Below, piece after piece: positions 9,009 through 17,471 of a stretch of 32,000 nucleotides of DNA; the first letter of the stretch is position 1, and each line of letters opens with the position of its first letter. Source of the DNA: Synechococcus elongatus PCC 6301. GTDB lineage: Bacteria; Cyanobacteriota; Cyanobacteriia; Synechococcales; Synechococcaceae. The stretch is taken from NCBI RefSeq assembly GCF_000010065.1, contig NC_006576.1, positions 1,590,001-1,622,000 on the forward strand. Reading direction: 5' to 3'. The position numbers were made by a program, and so were the translations under genes. The notes under the pieces are model-generated. The model did not search any database, had not been told where the DNA came from, and saw only the letters and a list, made by a program, of their open reading frames with translations.

Positions 9009-9749
9009 ATGCCCCGTCTTCTGATTCTTGGCGGCACGACTGAGGCGACTCGGTTAGCTGCTGCTCTCCAAAACTGGTCGCAGCTTGAAGTGCAAACTTC
9101 TTTAGCAGGACGAACCCAGCAGCCCGTGTTACCAGCTGGATCCGTGCGGGTTGGCGGCTTTGGTGGCGTGGCAGGGCTAGTGGACTATCTCAAGACGGAA
9201 GGCATTGATCTGCTGATTGATGCCACTCATCCTTTTGCCGCTCAAATTTCTCAGAATGCGGCTGAGGCGGCGCACATTGCAGGCCTGCCGATCTTGAGTT
9301 TGCAACGACCGGCTTGGACTCCTCAGGCTGGCGATCGCTGGATCTCCGTTCCCGATTTAGCGACGGCGGCTAAGCAATTAGCAGACTTGGGCGATCGCAT
9401 TTTTCTGACCATTGGTCGACAAGAACTCGCTGCTTTTGCCCACCTACGCGATCGCTGGTTCTTGATGCGCATGATCGATCCACCCGCTGAGGATGCTCCG
9501 TTACCACTTGGTGAAATTCTGTTAGAAAGAGGGCCATTCTCCGTCGAACATGAGCGATCACTGCTGATCCGATTTCAGATTGATGCGATCGTTAGTAAGA
9601 ATAGTGGCGGTACTGCGATCGCAGCGAAACTTAAAGCGGCACGCGAGTTGGGCCTACCGATTGTGATGATCGAACGCCCGCCACAGCCTCAGGTCGAACA
9701 AGTCACGACTCTAGCTGCAGCTCTGCAATGGCTAAAGCTACATTGTTGA
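9009..9749 (+). CDS. cobK: Precorrin-6A / cobalt-precorrin-6A reductase
   Basis: Typical CobK/CbiJ N-terminus MPRLLILGGTTEATRLA and the motifs LIDATHPFA and IVSKNSGG. The ATG at 9009 lies 5 nt after the preceding stop. Confidence 0.85.
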   Translation: MPRLLILGGTTEATRLAAALQNWSQLEVQTSLAGRTQQPVLPAGSVRVGGFGGVAGLVDYLKTEGIDLLIDATHPFAAQISQNAAEAAHIAGLPILSLQRPAWTPQAGDRWISVPDLATAAKQLADLGDRIFLTIGRQELAAFAHLRDRWFLMRMIDPPAEDAPLPLGEILLERGPFSVEHERSLLIRFQIDAIVSKNSGGTAIAAKLKAARELGLPIVMIERPPQPQVEQVTTLAAALQWLKLHC

Positions 9750-9790
9750 GGCTCACCAAAGGCTTGGCTAATTTTTTTGCAATTGAAATC

Positions 9791-10393
9791 TCAGGATTCA
9801 GTACAGGCCGTTTTTAGGATTTGCACCACTTGCTCAGGCTGCTGGGCGTAGGTGTGGGCTTCATATTCCACACGCCGATCGCCCGGATAGTTTTGGTAGA
9901 GCGGGCTTTGGTCAACCCGTCGCCGTACTTGGGGATCGGTCGCTAGCCCCAGTGGCACTGGACTGTAGCCCCACAACAGATTAGACCGACAGCTTTGAGC
10001 TACATGAACACTCTCGTGACTGAGGCTTTGCAGTAAAGCGGAAGGCGATCGCAGCAAGCGAGGATTGAGGCGAATCTGCCGCTGACTTGGTAACCACAGC
10101 CCAGCATAGCGATCGTGGGGGTCGGCTTCGAGTTCCACTGAGACCCGCAGCCGCTGCAAGCTGATCAGCAAAGGCTCCAATTGTTGCTGCTGGCGCGGCG
10201 TCAACCGCAAGGGATCAAGGCGGCGCTGCCAGTCGGCCAACGTCACTAGGCGATCGCTCGGCAAAGGTGCGGCGGTAATCCCCAGAGTGTCTGCCCAGCG
10301 ACGTTGCTGCCATTGTTGCCAACCCTGTACACCAAGAACGATGAACAGAGTCGACAGCCCTAGGCCATAGCGCCAGCGGCGGTTGAGCCGCAC
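9791..10393 (-). CDS. Hypothetical N-terminally anchored protein with an HExxH motif (possible zinc metallopeptidase)
   Basis: Has a TM segment (GLGLSTLFIVLGV) and HESVH at codons 126-130 (nt 10004-10018). Its GTG start at 10393 directly abuts the sir stop codon (10394-10396). Confidence 0.6.
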   Translation of the reverse strand: MRLNRRWRYGLGLSTLFIVLGVQGWQQWQQRRWADTLGITAAPLPSDRLVTLADWQRRLDPLRLTPRQQQQLEPLLISLQRLRVSVELEADPHDRYAGLWLPSQRQIRLNPRLLRSPSALLQSLSHESVHVAQSCRSNLLWGYSPVPLGLATDPQVRRRVDQSPLYQNYPGDRRVEYEAHTYAQQPEQVVQILKTACTES

Positions 10394-12268
10394 TTAGCGC
10401 AGGTAGGCGGCGATCGCCTCACAGGCCAGGTCAGTCAGCGAGACGCCACGTTTGTCGGCTTCGGCTTTCAGACGACCGTGCACATCCGCCCGTAGACCTA
10501 CCCGATAGCGGGGTTTGGCTGCTTCGTGCTGGTAGCTTTCACTAAACTGACGCAGGGCGTCGAAGCCGACGCGATCGCAGAAATCACCAAAACTTTCGCC
10601 CGCTTGCCGACTCTGTTTGAAGAAGACAAACAGCGGTCGTAGTTGGGTTTCTACATCGCCATCCGCTAAGCGATCGATGAAGGGTCGAGCCAAGCGGGTT
10701 TGATCTGGCGACCCCCCTAGCCAGAGCTGGTAGGTATTCGGTGCACTACCCACAAAGGCCAGTTCCGCCATGTAGGGACGAGCACAACCATTGGGACAAC
10801 CAGTCATCCGCACCACGAAATGCTCATCGGGCAACCCTTGCTCTTCCAGGAGGCGACGGATCCGCACCAATAGTCCCGGCAAGGCTCGCTCCGATTCCGT
10901 AATCGCCAGACCGCAGGTTGGCAAGGCAGGGCAGGCCATCGCGTAGCGCTGCAGGGAGTCGATCGCCTCAACCGTATGAACTCCGCGATCGCGGAGGAGT
11001 TTATCAATCGCAGCGCGATCGCCAGGCTGAACATCGTAGATCAAGACGTCTTGGCTGCCGGTCAGCAACAGCGGTAGTTGCCAACGGCTGACGATCTCCC
11101 GCAAAGCCGATCGCAGTTGCCAATTACCGTCATCTTTAATCCGGCCACTGGTGATCGGTAGACCCAAGAACCACTTGCCATCGCCCTGCTCATGCCAGCC
11201 GAGATAGTCGCGATAGCGGAAGGGCGGCAGTTCGCGCACAGGGGCGATCGCTTTACCGAAAACGGATTCGACAGCTTCTTTAAATTTGGCGATGCCCCAA
11301 TCGTGGATCAGGTACTTCATGCGGGCATGGCGACGGTTGCTGCGATCGCCGTAGTCCCGCTGGGTCGCCACGATCGCCTGCACAGCAGCATAGATATCAG
11401 CTGCAGGCACAAAGCCGAGGGGATCCGCTAGCCGCGCAAAGGTTTCCTCTTTGTTGTGGGTGCGACCCATGCCGCCACCGACGTAGACGTTGAAACCCTC
11501 TAGTTCGCCGCGATCATTGCCAATCACGACTAAGCCAATGTCCTGGGTGAACAGGTCAATTGAGTTGTCGCCGGGAACCGTGACCGCAATCTTGAATTTG
11601 CGCGGCAGATAGCGATCGCTGTAGAGCGGTTCGACAGAATCGGCTACACGGCCTTTAGGATTGCGGCGGGCTGCTAGTACCGCTGGATCCGGTTCACCAC
11701 TCAGGACTTTTTCACCATCCAGCCAGAGTTCGTAATAGGCGCCAGACTCCGGCGTCAGCAAGTCAGCAATGTTGTTAGCGTAGGTGCGCGCCCACTCATA
11801 TTCCGGGCGATCGCGGAAGGGTGCTGGCGGTGCCATGACGTTGCGATTGACATCGCCGCAAGCGGAGATCGTCGAGCCCAGGTTTTCGACAATCCGACGG
11901 ATCACCGTTTTCAGGTCGCGCTTGAGAATACCGTGCAACTGAAAGGCTTGGCGCGTCGTTGCTCGCAGGGTGCCGTTGCCATAGTCATCGGCCAGTTGAT
12001 CAAGGGTGAGATAGAGCTGTGGCGGAATGTAGCCGCCGGGACTGCGCAGGCGCAGCATGAACTGAAAGTCTTTTTCCTGCCCCTTGACGCGGTTGTCGCG
12101 GTTGTCTTGCTGATAGGAACCGTGGAATTTAAGGATCTGGATCCCGTCTTCATTAAAGTGAGTCGACTCTTCCTGGAGCTGGCTTAGAATCGGCTCCAGC
12201 AGGTACTGACTGCGTGCCTTGAGGTCTTCAACTTTAGAAAGCTTTTGGGGTGCAGCAGTCGGCGACAT
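10394..12268 (-). CDS. sir: Ferredoxin-sulfite reductase (siroheme/4Fe-4S)
   Basis: Cluster and siroheme Cys motifs are present ([11 protein letters not shown] and [10 protein letters not shown]), with NiR/SiR repeats throughout. Start placed at the ATG at 12268 ([23 protein letters not shown]), giving 624 aa. Confidence 0.95.
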   Translation of the reverse strand: MSPTAAPQKLSKVEDLKARSQYLLEPILSQLQEESTHFNEDGIQILKFHGSYQQDNRDNRVKGQEKDFQFMLRLRSPGGYIPPQLYLTLDQLADDYGNGTLRATTRQAFQLHGILKRDLKTVIRRIVENLGSTISACGDVNRNVMAPPAPFRDRPEYEWARTYANNIADLLTPESGAYYELWLDGEKVLSGEPDPAVLAARRNPKGRVADSVEPLYSDRYLPRKFKIAVTVPGDNSIDLFTQDIGLVVIGNDRGELEGFNVYVGGGMGRTHNKEETFARLADPLGFVPAADIYAAVQAIVATQRDYGDRSNRRHARMKYLIHDWGIAKFKEAVESVFGKAIAPVRELPPFRYRDYLGWHEQGDGKWFLGLPITSGRIKDDGNWQLRSALREIVSRWQLPLLLTGSQDVLIYDVQPGDRAAIDKLLRDRGVHTVEAIDSLQRYAMACPALPTCGLAITESERALPGLLVRIRRLLEEQGLPDEHFVVRMTGCPNGCARPYMAELAFVGSAPNTYQLWLGGSPDQTRLARPFIDRLADGDVETQLRPLFVFFKQSRQAGESFGDFCDRVGFDALRQFSESYQHEAAKPRYRVGLRADVHGRLKAEADKRGVSLTDLACEAIAAYLR

Positions 12269-12490
12269 TGTTCTCTGTCCAGAAAAGAAAAGCACTGCCC
12301 CAGACAATGGCTTGGCAGTGAGACAAATCCAAGACCGGTAAGTCTCTGTGGATTTCGGTGTTTATTGTAACACTTTTCGATGGATCCACACCCCGCGATC
12401 GCCCAAAAGTCTTTAGGAAATGGAGTCAGAGGTGGGGGAAAGGGTGCGCGGTAGACTGATGAGGTTGTCTGTTCGCGCTATTGCTGCTCT

Positions 12491-14677
12491 ATGCCGGCCT
12501 TTCTACTAGAAGTCGGAACCGAAGAACTCCCTGCTTCTTTTGTAGCCGCTGCGATCGCGCAATGGCAGAACTGGCTGCCGACTCGCTTGGCAGAGGCCCA
12601 GCTGACGACCACCCAGATTTCAGTCTACGGAACGCCGCGCCGCTTGGCCGTGCTGATCGAGGGCCTGCCCGATCGCCAGCCCGATCGCGAAGAAGAAGTG
12701 AAAGGGCCACCGGCCAGCGCTGCCTTTAAAGATGGCGAACCAACCCCCGCCGCGATCGGGTTTGCCCGTAAGCAAGGGGTTGAAGTCAGTGACTTCACGG
12801 TGCGGGAGACAGACAAAGGGGCTTTTGTCTTTGTCCAAAAGCGGGAAGTGGGGCAACCGCTGGCGGACGTCCTGCAATCGCTCGTTCCCAGTTGGACTCA
12901 AGACCTCGAAGGCAAGCGCTTTATGCGCTGGGGCGATGGTGATCTACGCTTTTCACGGCCGATTCGCTGGTTAGTTGCGCTGATTGATGACCAAGTCCTG
13001 CCCTTGGAACTGACCAGCGGCGGCAGCACCGTGCAGAGCGATCGCCTCTCGCGGGGGCATCGGGTTTTACATCCAGAACCTGTGGCGATCGCCCAAGCCA
13101 GTGATTATCTGGCGACGCTCGAAGCAGCCAGCGTCCTCGTTGATCCGGCTCAGCGTCAAGCCAAGATTGAAGCTCAAACGGCGGCGATCGCCTCTAAAGT
13201 CGGCGGTCAAGCTGAACTGCCAGAAGACTTGCTAGCAGAAGTGGTGCATCTGACCGAGTGGCCAACCGCCGTCTTGGGTCAGTTTGAAGAGCGTTTCCTC
13301 AGCCTGCCAGCCGAAGTTTCAACGATGGTGATGACCAGTCACCAGCGCTATTTCCCGATTTACCAAGCCACAGCGCAGCGCGATCCGGCGGCCATCGATG
13401 CGCGATCGGAGCTGTTGCCCTGTTTCGTCACGATTTCCAATGGCGATCCGGCGGCCAGTGAGACGATTGCTGCTGGCAATGCCCGCGTAATTCGGGCGCG
13501 GTTAGCAGATGGGGAGTACTTCTATCGCACCGATAGCAAGCAGCCGCTCGAAAGTTTCCTCAGTCAACTAGAAGCGGTGACCTTCCAAGAGCAGTTGGGT
13601 TCGGTGCGCAGCAAAGTCGATCGCATTGGGGCGATCGCCCACCGACTCTGCGATCAACTCAGCATCCACTCCAGCGATCGCCTGTTGGTTTCGCGGGCTG
13701 CTCAGCTCTGCAAAGCCGACCTCGTCAGCCAAATGGTCTACGAATTTCCGGAACTGCAGGGCGTGATGGGCGAAAAATACGCCCGCGTTAGTCAGGAGCC
13801 GGATGCGGTTGCTACGGCGATTCGCGAGCACTATCTGCCCAAGGGCGCGGGTGATCAACTGCCCCAAACCCTGACTGGCCGCATGGTTGCCTTGGCCGAT
13901 CGCCTCGACACCTTGGTCTGCATCTTCGGTCTGGGACTGCTGCCCAGTGGATCTTCCGATCCTTTTGCCCTGCGTCGTGCCGCCAATGGCGTCCTCAATA
14001 TCCTCTGGGATGGGCAACTGCGCCTTGACCTGACGGCCTTGATCCAAGGCATCGCTGCGGACTTCCACCATGCTTTCCCGAAACTGGCGGGCAATGCTGA
14101 AACCTTGATTCAACAGTTGACCGACTTCTTTGGTCAGCGGCTGCGCACCTTGCTCCAAGATGAGCAGGGCATTGATTACGACCTCGTCAACGCAGTGCTA
14201 GGCGACGGAGATGCTAACTATCTCCTCCGAGCGATCGCAGATCCTTTGGATGCCCTGAATCGGGCCAAACTACTGCAAACCCTGCGGCAGGACGGTCGTT
14301 TGGTTGCACTGTATGAAACGGTCAACCGCGCCACTCGCTTAGCTAGCAAAGGCGATCTTGATACAGCGACCTTAGATCCCACGGGCTTAGTCAACGCCGA
14401 TCTATTCCAGCAGCCGAGTGAGGCAGCCTTCCTGTCGGCTCTGACGACGCTGCAACCTTTAGCGACTGCGGCTCAAGCTAGCCAAGCCTATGAACCTTTG
14501 GTGGAGGGTTTGCTGACGGCAGCGCCTGCGGTGCAATCCTTCTTTGATGGCGACACCAGCGTGCTGGTCATGGATCCTGATCCGGCCATTCAGCAAAATC
14601 GCCTCAACTTGTTGGGACTGTTGCGCAATCAGGCCCGTGTGCTGGCTGATTTTGGAGCGATCGTCAAAGGTGAGTAG
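12491..14677 (+). CDS. glyS: Glycine--tRNA ligase beta subunit
   Basis: Canonical N-terminus [17 protein letters not shown]. It is 728 aa, and GlyS motifs occur throughout ([31 protein letters not shown]). Confidence 0.95.
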   Translation: MPAFLLEVGTEELPASFVAAAIAQWQNWLPTRLAEAQLTTTQISVYGTPRRLAVLIEGLPDRQPDREEEVKGPPASAAFKDGEPTPAAIGFARKQGVEVSDFTVRETDKGAFVFVQKREVGQPLADVLQSLVPSWTQDLEGKRFMRWGDGDLRFSRPIRWLVALIDDQVLPLELTSGGSTVQSDRLSRGHRVLHPEPVAIAQASDYLATLEAASVLVDPAQRQAKIEAQTAAIASKVGGQAELPEDLLAEVVHLTEWPTAVLGQFEERFLSLPAEVSTMVMTSHQRYFPIYQATAQRDPAAIDARSELLPCFVTISNGDPAASETIAAGNARVIRARLADGEYFYRTDSKQPLESFLSQLEAVTFQEQLGSVRSKVDRIGAIAHRLCDQLSIHSSDRLLVSRAAQLCKADLVSQMVYEFPELQGVMGEKYARVSQEPDAVATAIREHYLPKGAGDQLPQTLTGRMVALADRLDTLVCIFGLGLLPSGSSDPFALRRAANGVLNILWDGQLRLDLTALIQGIAADFHHAFPKLAGNAETLIQQLTDFFGQRLRTLLQDEQGIDYDLVNAVLGDGDANYLLRAIADPLDALNRAKLLQTLRQDGRLVALYETVNRATRLASKGDLDTATLDPTGLVNADLFQQPSEAAFLSALTTLQPLATAAQASQAYEPLVEGLLTAAPAVQSFFDGDTSVLVMDPDPAIQQNRLNLLGLLRNQARVLADFGAIVKGE

Positions 14678-14689
14678 CCGCGATCGCCC

Positions 14690-15253
14690 ATGACGCCGGA
14701 TTGGGTTGCGGATCTCCAACAAGCGCGGATCGTTGCTGTCTTACGATCGCCTGATTTAACTCAGGGTTTCGCGATGGCGGAAACGGCGATCGCCCGAGGA
14801 TTACGTTGGTTAGAAGTGACTTGGACCAGCGATCGCCCAGCAGAATTACTGTCTCAGTTGCGGGACAAATATCCTGATTGTTGCTGGGGCGCAGGGAGTC
14901 TGCTGAGCCTGACGGATTTGGAAGAAGCGATCGCTGCCGGAGCGCAGTTTGGCGTCAGCCCGATCCTGTCCCTGCCGCTACTGGAACGGGCTCAAGCCCG
15001 GGATCTTCCCTTTCTGCCTGGTGCGTTAACACCGACAGAAATTATGACGGCTCATGCGGCAGGTGCGGCTGTCGTAAAACTTTTTCCAGCTAGTAGTGCT
15101 GGTGGTCCTGCCTACGTACGATCGCTGCAACAACCGCTCAATCATCCCAAGCTGTTTGCCTGCGGCGGCATTCATCCTGATGCCGTTCAGAGTTATCTCG
15201 ATGCGGGTGCGATCGCAGTCGGCCTCGGATCTCAACTCTTTGCGAAGACCTAA
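14690..15253 (+). CDS. eda: 2-keto-3-deoxy-6-phosphogluconate / 4-hydroxy-2-oxoglutarate aldolase
   Basis: KDPG/KHG aldolase pattern: IVAVLRSPD, LEVTWTS, FGVSP, LPGALTPTEI, and the Schiff-base lysine context VVKLFPA. The ATG lies 12 nt after the glyS stop. Confidence 0.8.
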   Translation: MTPDWVADLQQARIVAVLRSPDLTQGFAMAETAIARGLRWLEVTWTSDRPAELLSQLRDKYPDCCWGAGSLLSLTDLEEAIAAGAQFGVSPILSLPLLERAQARDLPFLPGALTPTEIMTAHAAGAAVVKLFPASSAGGPAYVRSLQQPLNHPKLFACGGIHPDAVQSYLDAGAIAVGLGSQLFAKT

Positions 15254-15278
15254 TTGATGTCCGCTCATCCAGTTGGCT

Positions 15279-15863
15279 TTACCGTTTTTCTTGCACCAGT
15301 TTCTTGAGGATCGCTTCTACCTCCCTTGGATCGCGAATATTGAAAAAGCCTAATTCGCGTCGTTGGCGATCGCCGTCACTATCTCGGGTCGTTTCGGCCG
15401 CGATAATCACGTCGCCAATCCCGTTATTCCCTTCCTTACGATAGAGATTATTGAACTGCTGTGGATAGTAACTACGAATTGTTGTCTTACCGGCCCCTTC
15501 AAAGGTAATCGCCCGTTGATTGGTAATGATATAGACCGTTTGAAAAGCCTGGCGCCAACTCCAAAAAGGACTCAGCAGCATGCCAATCCCAATGAGAAAA
15601 AATGGCAAGCCAAACATCGCAAACAGATATTGTGGCTGAAATCCTCGACTGAGATTGGGTAACTGGAAACCCAGCGCTGCCCACATCCAAAACACCGAAA
15701 AGGCTGTCCACGGAACTGCGAACAGCGCGATCGCGAGGGTCCCACCAGTCAAAATCATCAAACTGGGCGCCGGTTGCCCAATCCAGAGAATTTTTTCACG
15801 CAGATCCAGCTCGCGATCGATTTTTTGACGGAGTTGCGGTGAAATCTTGAGACCGGACGACAT
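15279..15863 (-). CDS. Hypothetical membrane protein (TM helices plus a PH-like/YdbT-like soluble domain)
   Basis: 194 aa with an ATG start. Hydrophobic helices are followed by VYIITNQRAITFEG, which is typical of bacterial PH-like domains. It is AT-richer than its neighbours. Confidence 0.65.
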   Translation of the reverse strand: MSSGLKISPQLRQKIDRELDLREKILWIGQPAPSLMILTGGTLAIALFAVPWTAFSVFWMWAALGFQLPNLSRGFQPQYLFAMFGLPFFLIGIGMLLSPFWSWRQAFQTVYIITNQRAITFEGAGKTTIRSYYPQQFNNLYRKEGNNGIGDVIIAAETTRDSDGDRQRRELGFFNIRDPREVEAILKKLVQEKR

Positions 15864-16024
15864 CGATGTTCCTCTGGCAGAGGGCTCATTCCGTAGGCAA
15901 AGCAGGCGGTGTCATTTTAGCCAGCCCTCGACGCTTCGTCTGTCTACACCCCGACTCTCAGCGATGGCAATCGACTCAAAACAGGATGATCCGGCACTGG
16001 TGGATCGCATCAACTACTTGAGCG

Positions 16025-16040
16025 CTCCGCGATCGCGGAG
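16025..16040. repeat. Extended HIP1 palindrome CTCCGCGATCGCGGAG
   Basis: A perfect 16-nt palindrome centred on GCGATCGC, lying in a 390-bp non-coding gap. It is one example of the HIP1 element found throughout the window. Confidence 0.9.
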
Positions 16041-16254
16041 GTGACCAACGCTGTCGAAGAGTCACCGCGCCGAATCGCATAGGTCAAGCTTTCCGCAGGC
16101 GATCAGCTCCACCCCTCAAGGCTAGTGATGTAGCAAAAATGCCGATCGCGGCGGTAGGGAGTGATGGCGCACCCCCTATCTAACCGAGGTTTGAAACTTT
16201 GATCGAGTCCGACACAGACTGAAAGATCCTGACAAGCAAGGCTAAATCCGGAAT

Positions 16255-16458
16255 CTAGCCTTCTCCACCCTCACCGCCTTCGCCGCCTTCACCCCCTTCT
16301 CCACCGTCAGGAGCTGCTTGCGGTGCAGGATTGGTAGGGGTCGTTGGTGTCACTTCAGGAGTTGTGGGATTGGTCGGCTCCGAGGCTTGTTGACCACAGG
16401 CCACAGCAGTCGTCGCCAGCCCAAGGGCCAAAAACAGCTCAACAGGTTTCAAGCGCAC
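16255..16458 (-). CDS. Small putative lipoprotein with a Pro/Thr-rich linker and a C-terminal (GGE)5 repeat
   Basis: Signal peptide with a lipobox-like cysteine (LALGLATTAVAC|GQQ). The GTG start is preceded by AAGGAT at 7-nt spacing (revcomp of 16466-16471). The rest of the protein is a PT-rich segment followed by GGEGGEGGEGGEGGEG. Confidence 0.6.
   Translation of the reverse strand: MRLKPVELFLALGLATTAVACGQQASEPTNPTTPEVTPTTPTNPAPQAAPDGGEGGEGGEGGEGGEG
16258..16305 (-). repeat. Imperfect 9-nt tandem repeat encoding (GGE)n
   Basis: Sixteen codons encode G/G/E triplets. The units differ at synonymous positions (GGC/GGA/GGT/GGG, GAA/GAG). Confidence 0.9.
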
Positions 16459-16634
16459 AGTGATGATCCTTATTAGGATTTTTTAGCATTAGGAATTATC
16501 CCATCACCCGCTGCAAAACCCTAGCCTGTTGCCCTCTCGCTAGATTTCAAAACCTACAGAACTGTGGGCATAAGGCTTGGCTGGCAGTCAGGGATCGCTA
16601 TGATTACGATCGCTGCTCTTCCTTGTAAAAGCTA

Positions 16635-17306
16635 GTGATTATCACGATCGATGCCTTGCTCGACGCCGCTCAGCTCAACAAGATCCAAAGCAGCTTACAA
16701 ACAGCTGAGTTTATCGATGGCCGCGCGACAGCCGGCTGGCATGCACAGCTAGTCAAGCAAAATCAGCAGCTCTCCCGCACCAGTACTTTAGCGAAGAGTT
16801 TGCAAGAGATAGTGCAAACGGCACTACAGAATAATGCCCTCTTTGAGGCAGCAGCCTATCCCCAGCGTGTTCACAGCCTGTTGTTTAGTCGCTATGAACC
16901 TGGCATGGAGTATGGTCGCCATGTGGATAATGCTCTGATGGGAAGTGGCGATCGCCGTGATCGGGCTGACTTATCCTTCACTTTGTTTTTGAGCGATCCC
17001 GACCGCTACATCGGTGGAGCTCTAGTGATTGAAGGGGCCTGCGATGAACAGGCCTATCGGTTGCCCGCCGGATCGTTGCTGCTCTATCCCTCATCCACCC
17101 TGCACCGTGTTGATCCCGTTGAGCAAGGCTACCGCTTTGCCTGCGTGGGCTGGGTGCAAAGTTGGATCCGCGACCCTGCTAAGCGGGAACTGCTGTTTGA
17201 CCTCGATACAGCTCGGCGATCGCTGTTTACCCGCGAGGGCAAGAGCATTGAGTTTGACCTGCTTTCAAAAACCTATGCCAACCTGCTGCGACGCTGGTCA
17301 GAGTAG
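16635..17306 (+). CDS. Fe(II)/2-oxoglutarate-dependent oxygenase, PKHD-type hydroxylase (PiuC/YbiX-like, prolyl-4-hydroxylase fold)
   Basis: 223 aa starting at a GTG. The N-terminus MIITIDALL is typical of the family. It carries the HxD...H facial triad (GRHVDNA ... SSTLHRV) and a conserved C-terminal region (GWVQSWIRD). Confidence 0.85.
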   Translation: MIITIDALLDAAQLNKIQSSLQTAEFIDGRATAGWHAQLVKQNQQLSRTSTLAKSLQEIVQTALQNNALFEAAAYPQRVHSLLFSRYEPGMEYGRHVDNALMGSGDRRDRADLSFTLFLSDPDRYIGGALVIEGACDEQAYRLPAGSLLLYPSSTLHRVDPVEQGYRFACVGWVQSWIRDPAKRELLFDLDTARRSLFTREGKSIEFDLLSKTYANLLRRWSE

Positions 17307-17471
17307 AGTGATGCCTACTGGAGCGATCGCATAGTGGGTACCTCAGTCCGCAATCGTCAATTGCTAGCTCTGTTGAGACCCAATCTCAAGGCAGTCAAAA
17401 CTCTCTGAGGCTGCCACTATACTTTGGGTGATCTCTGGCTCAGTGAACACCTTGCTCCCCATAGGATTGTG

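Noticed and set aside
9756-9778. T7 run after cobK, preceded by a CCAA-aggc-TTGG mini-hairpin. It could be a terminator in the convergent gap.
   Set aside because: The stem is only 4 bp, too weak to call with confidence. It may still contribute to termination, and Term-seq would decide.
15847-16044. 65-aa + strand ORF in the 390-bp gap.
   Set aside because: It uses an alternative start codon that overlaps the opposite-strand gene start. Its composition is Arg/Ser/Pro-rich and there is no ribosome-binding site. I treat the region as non-coding and flag it separately as a possible RNA or leader.
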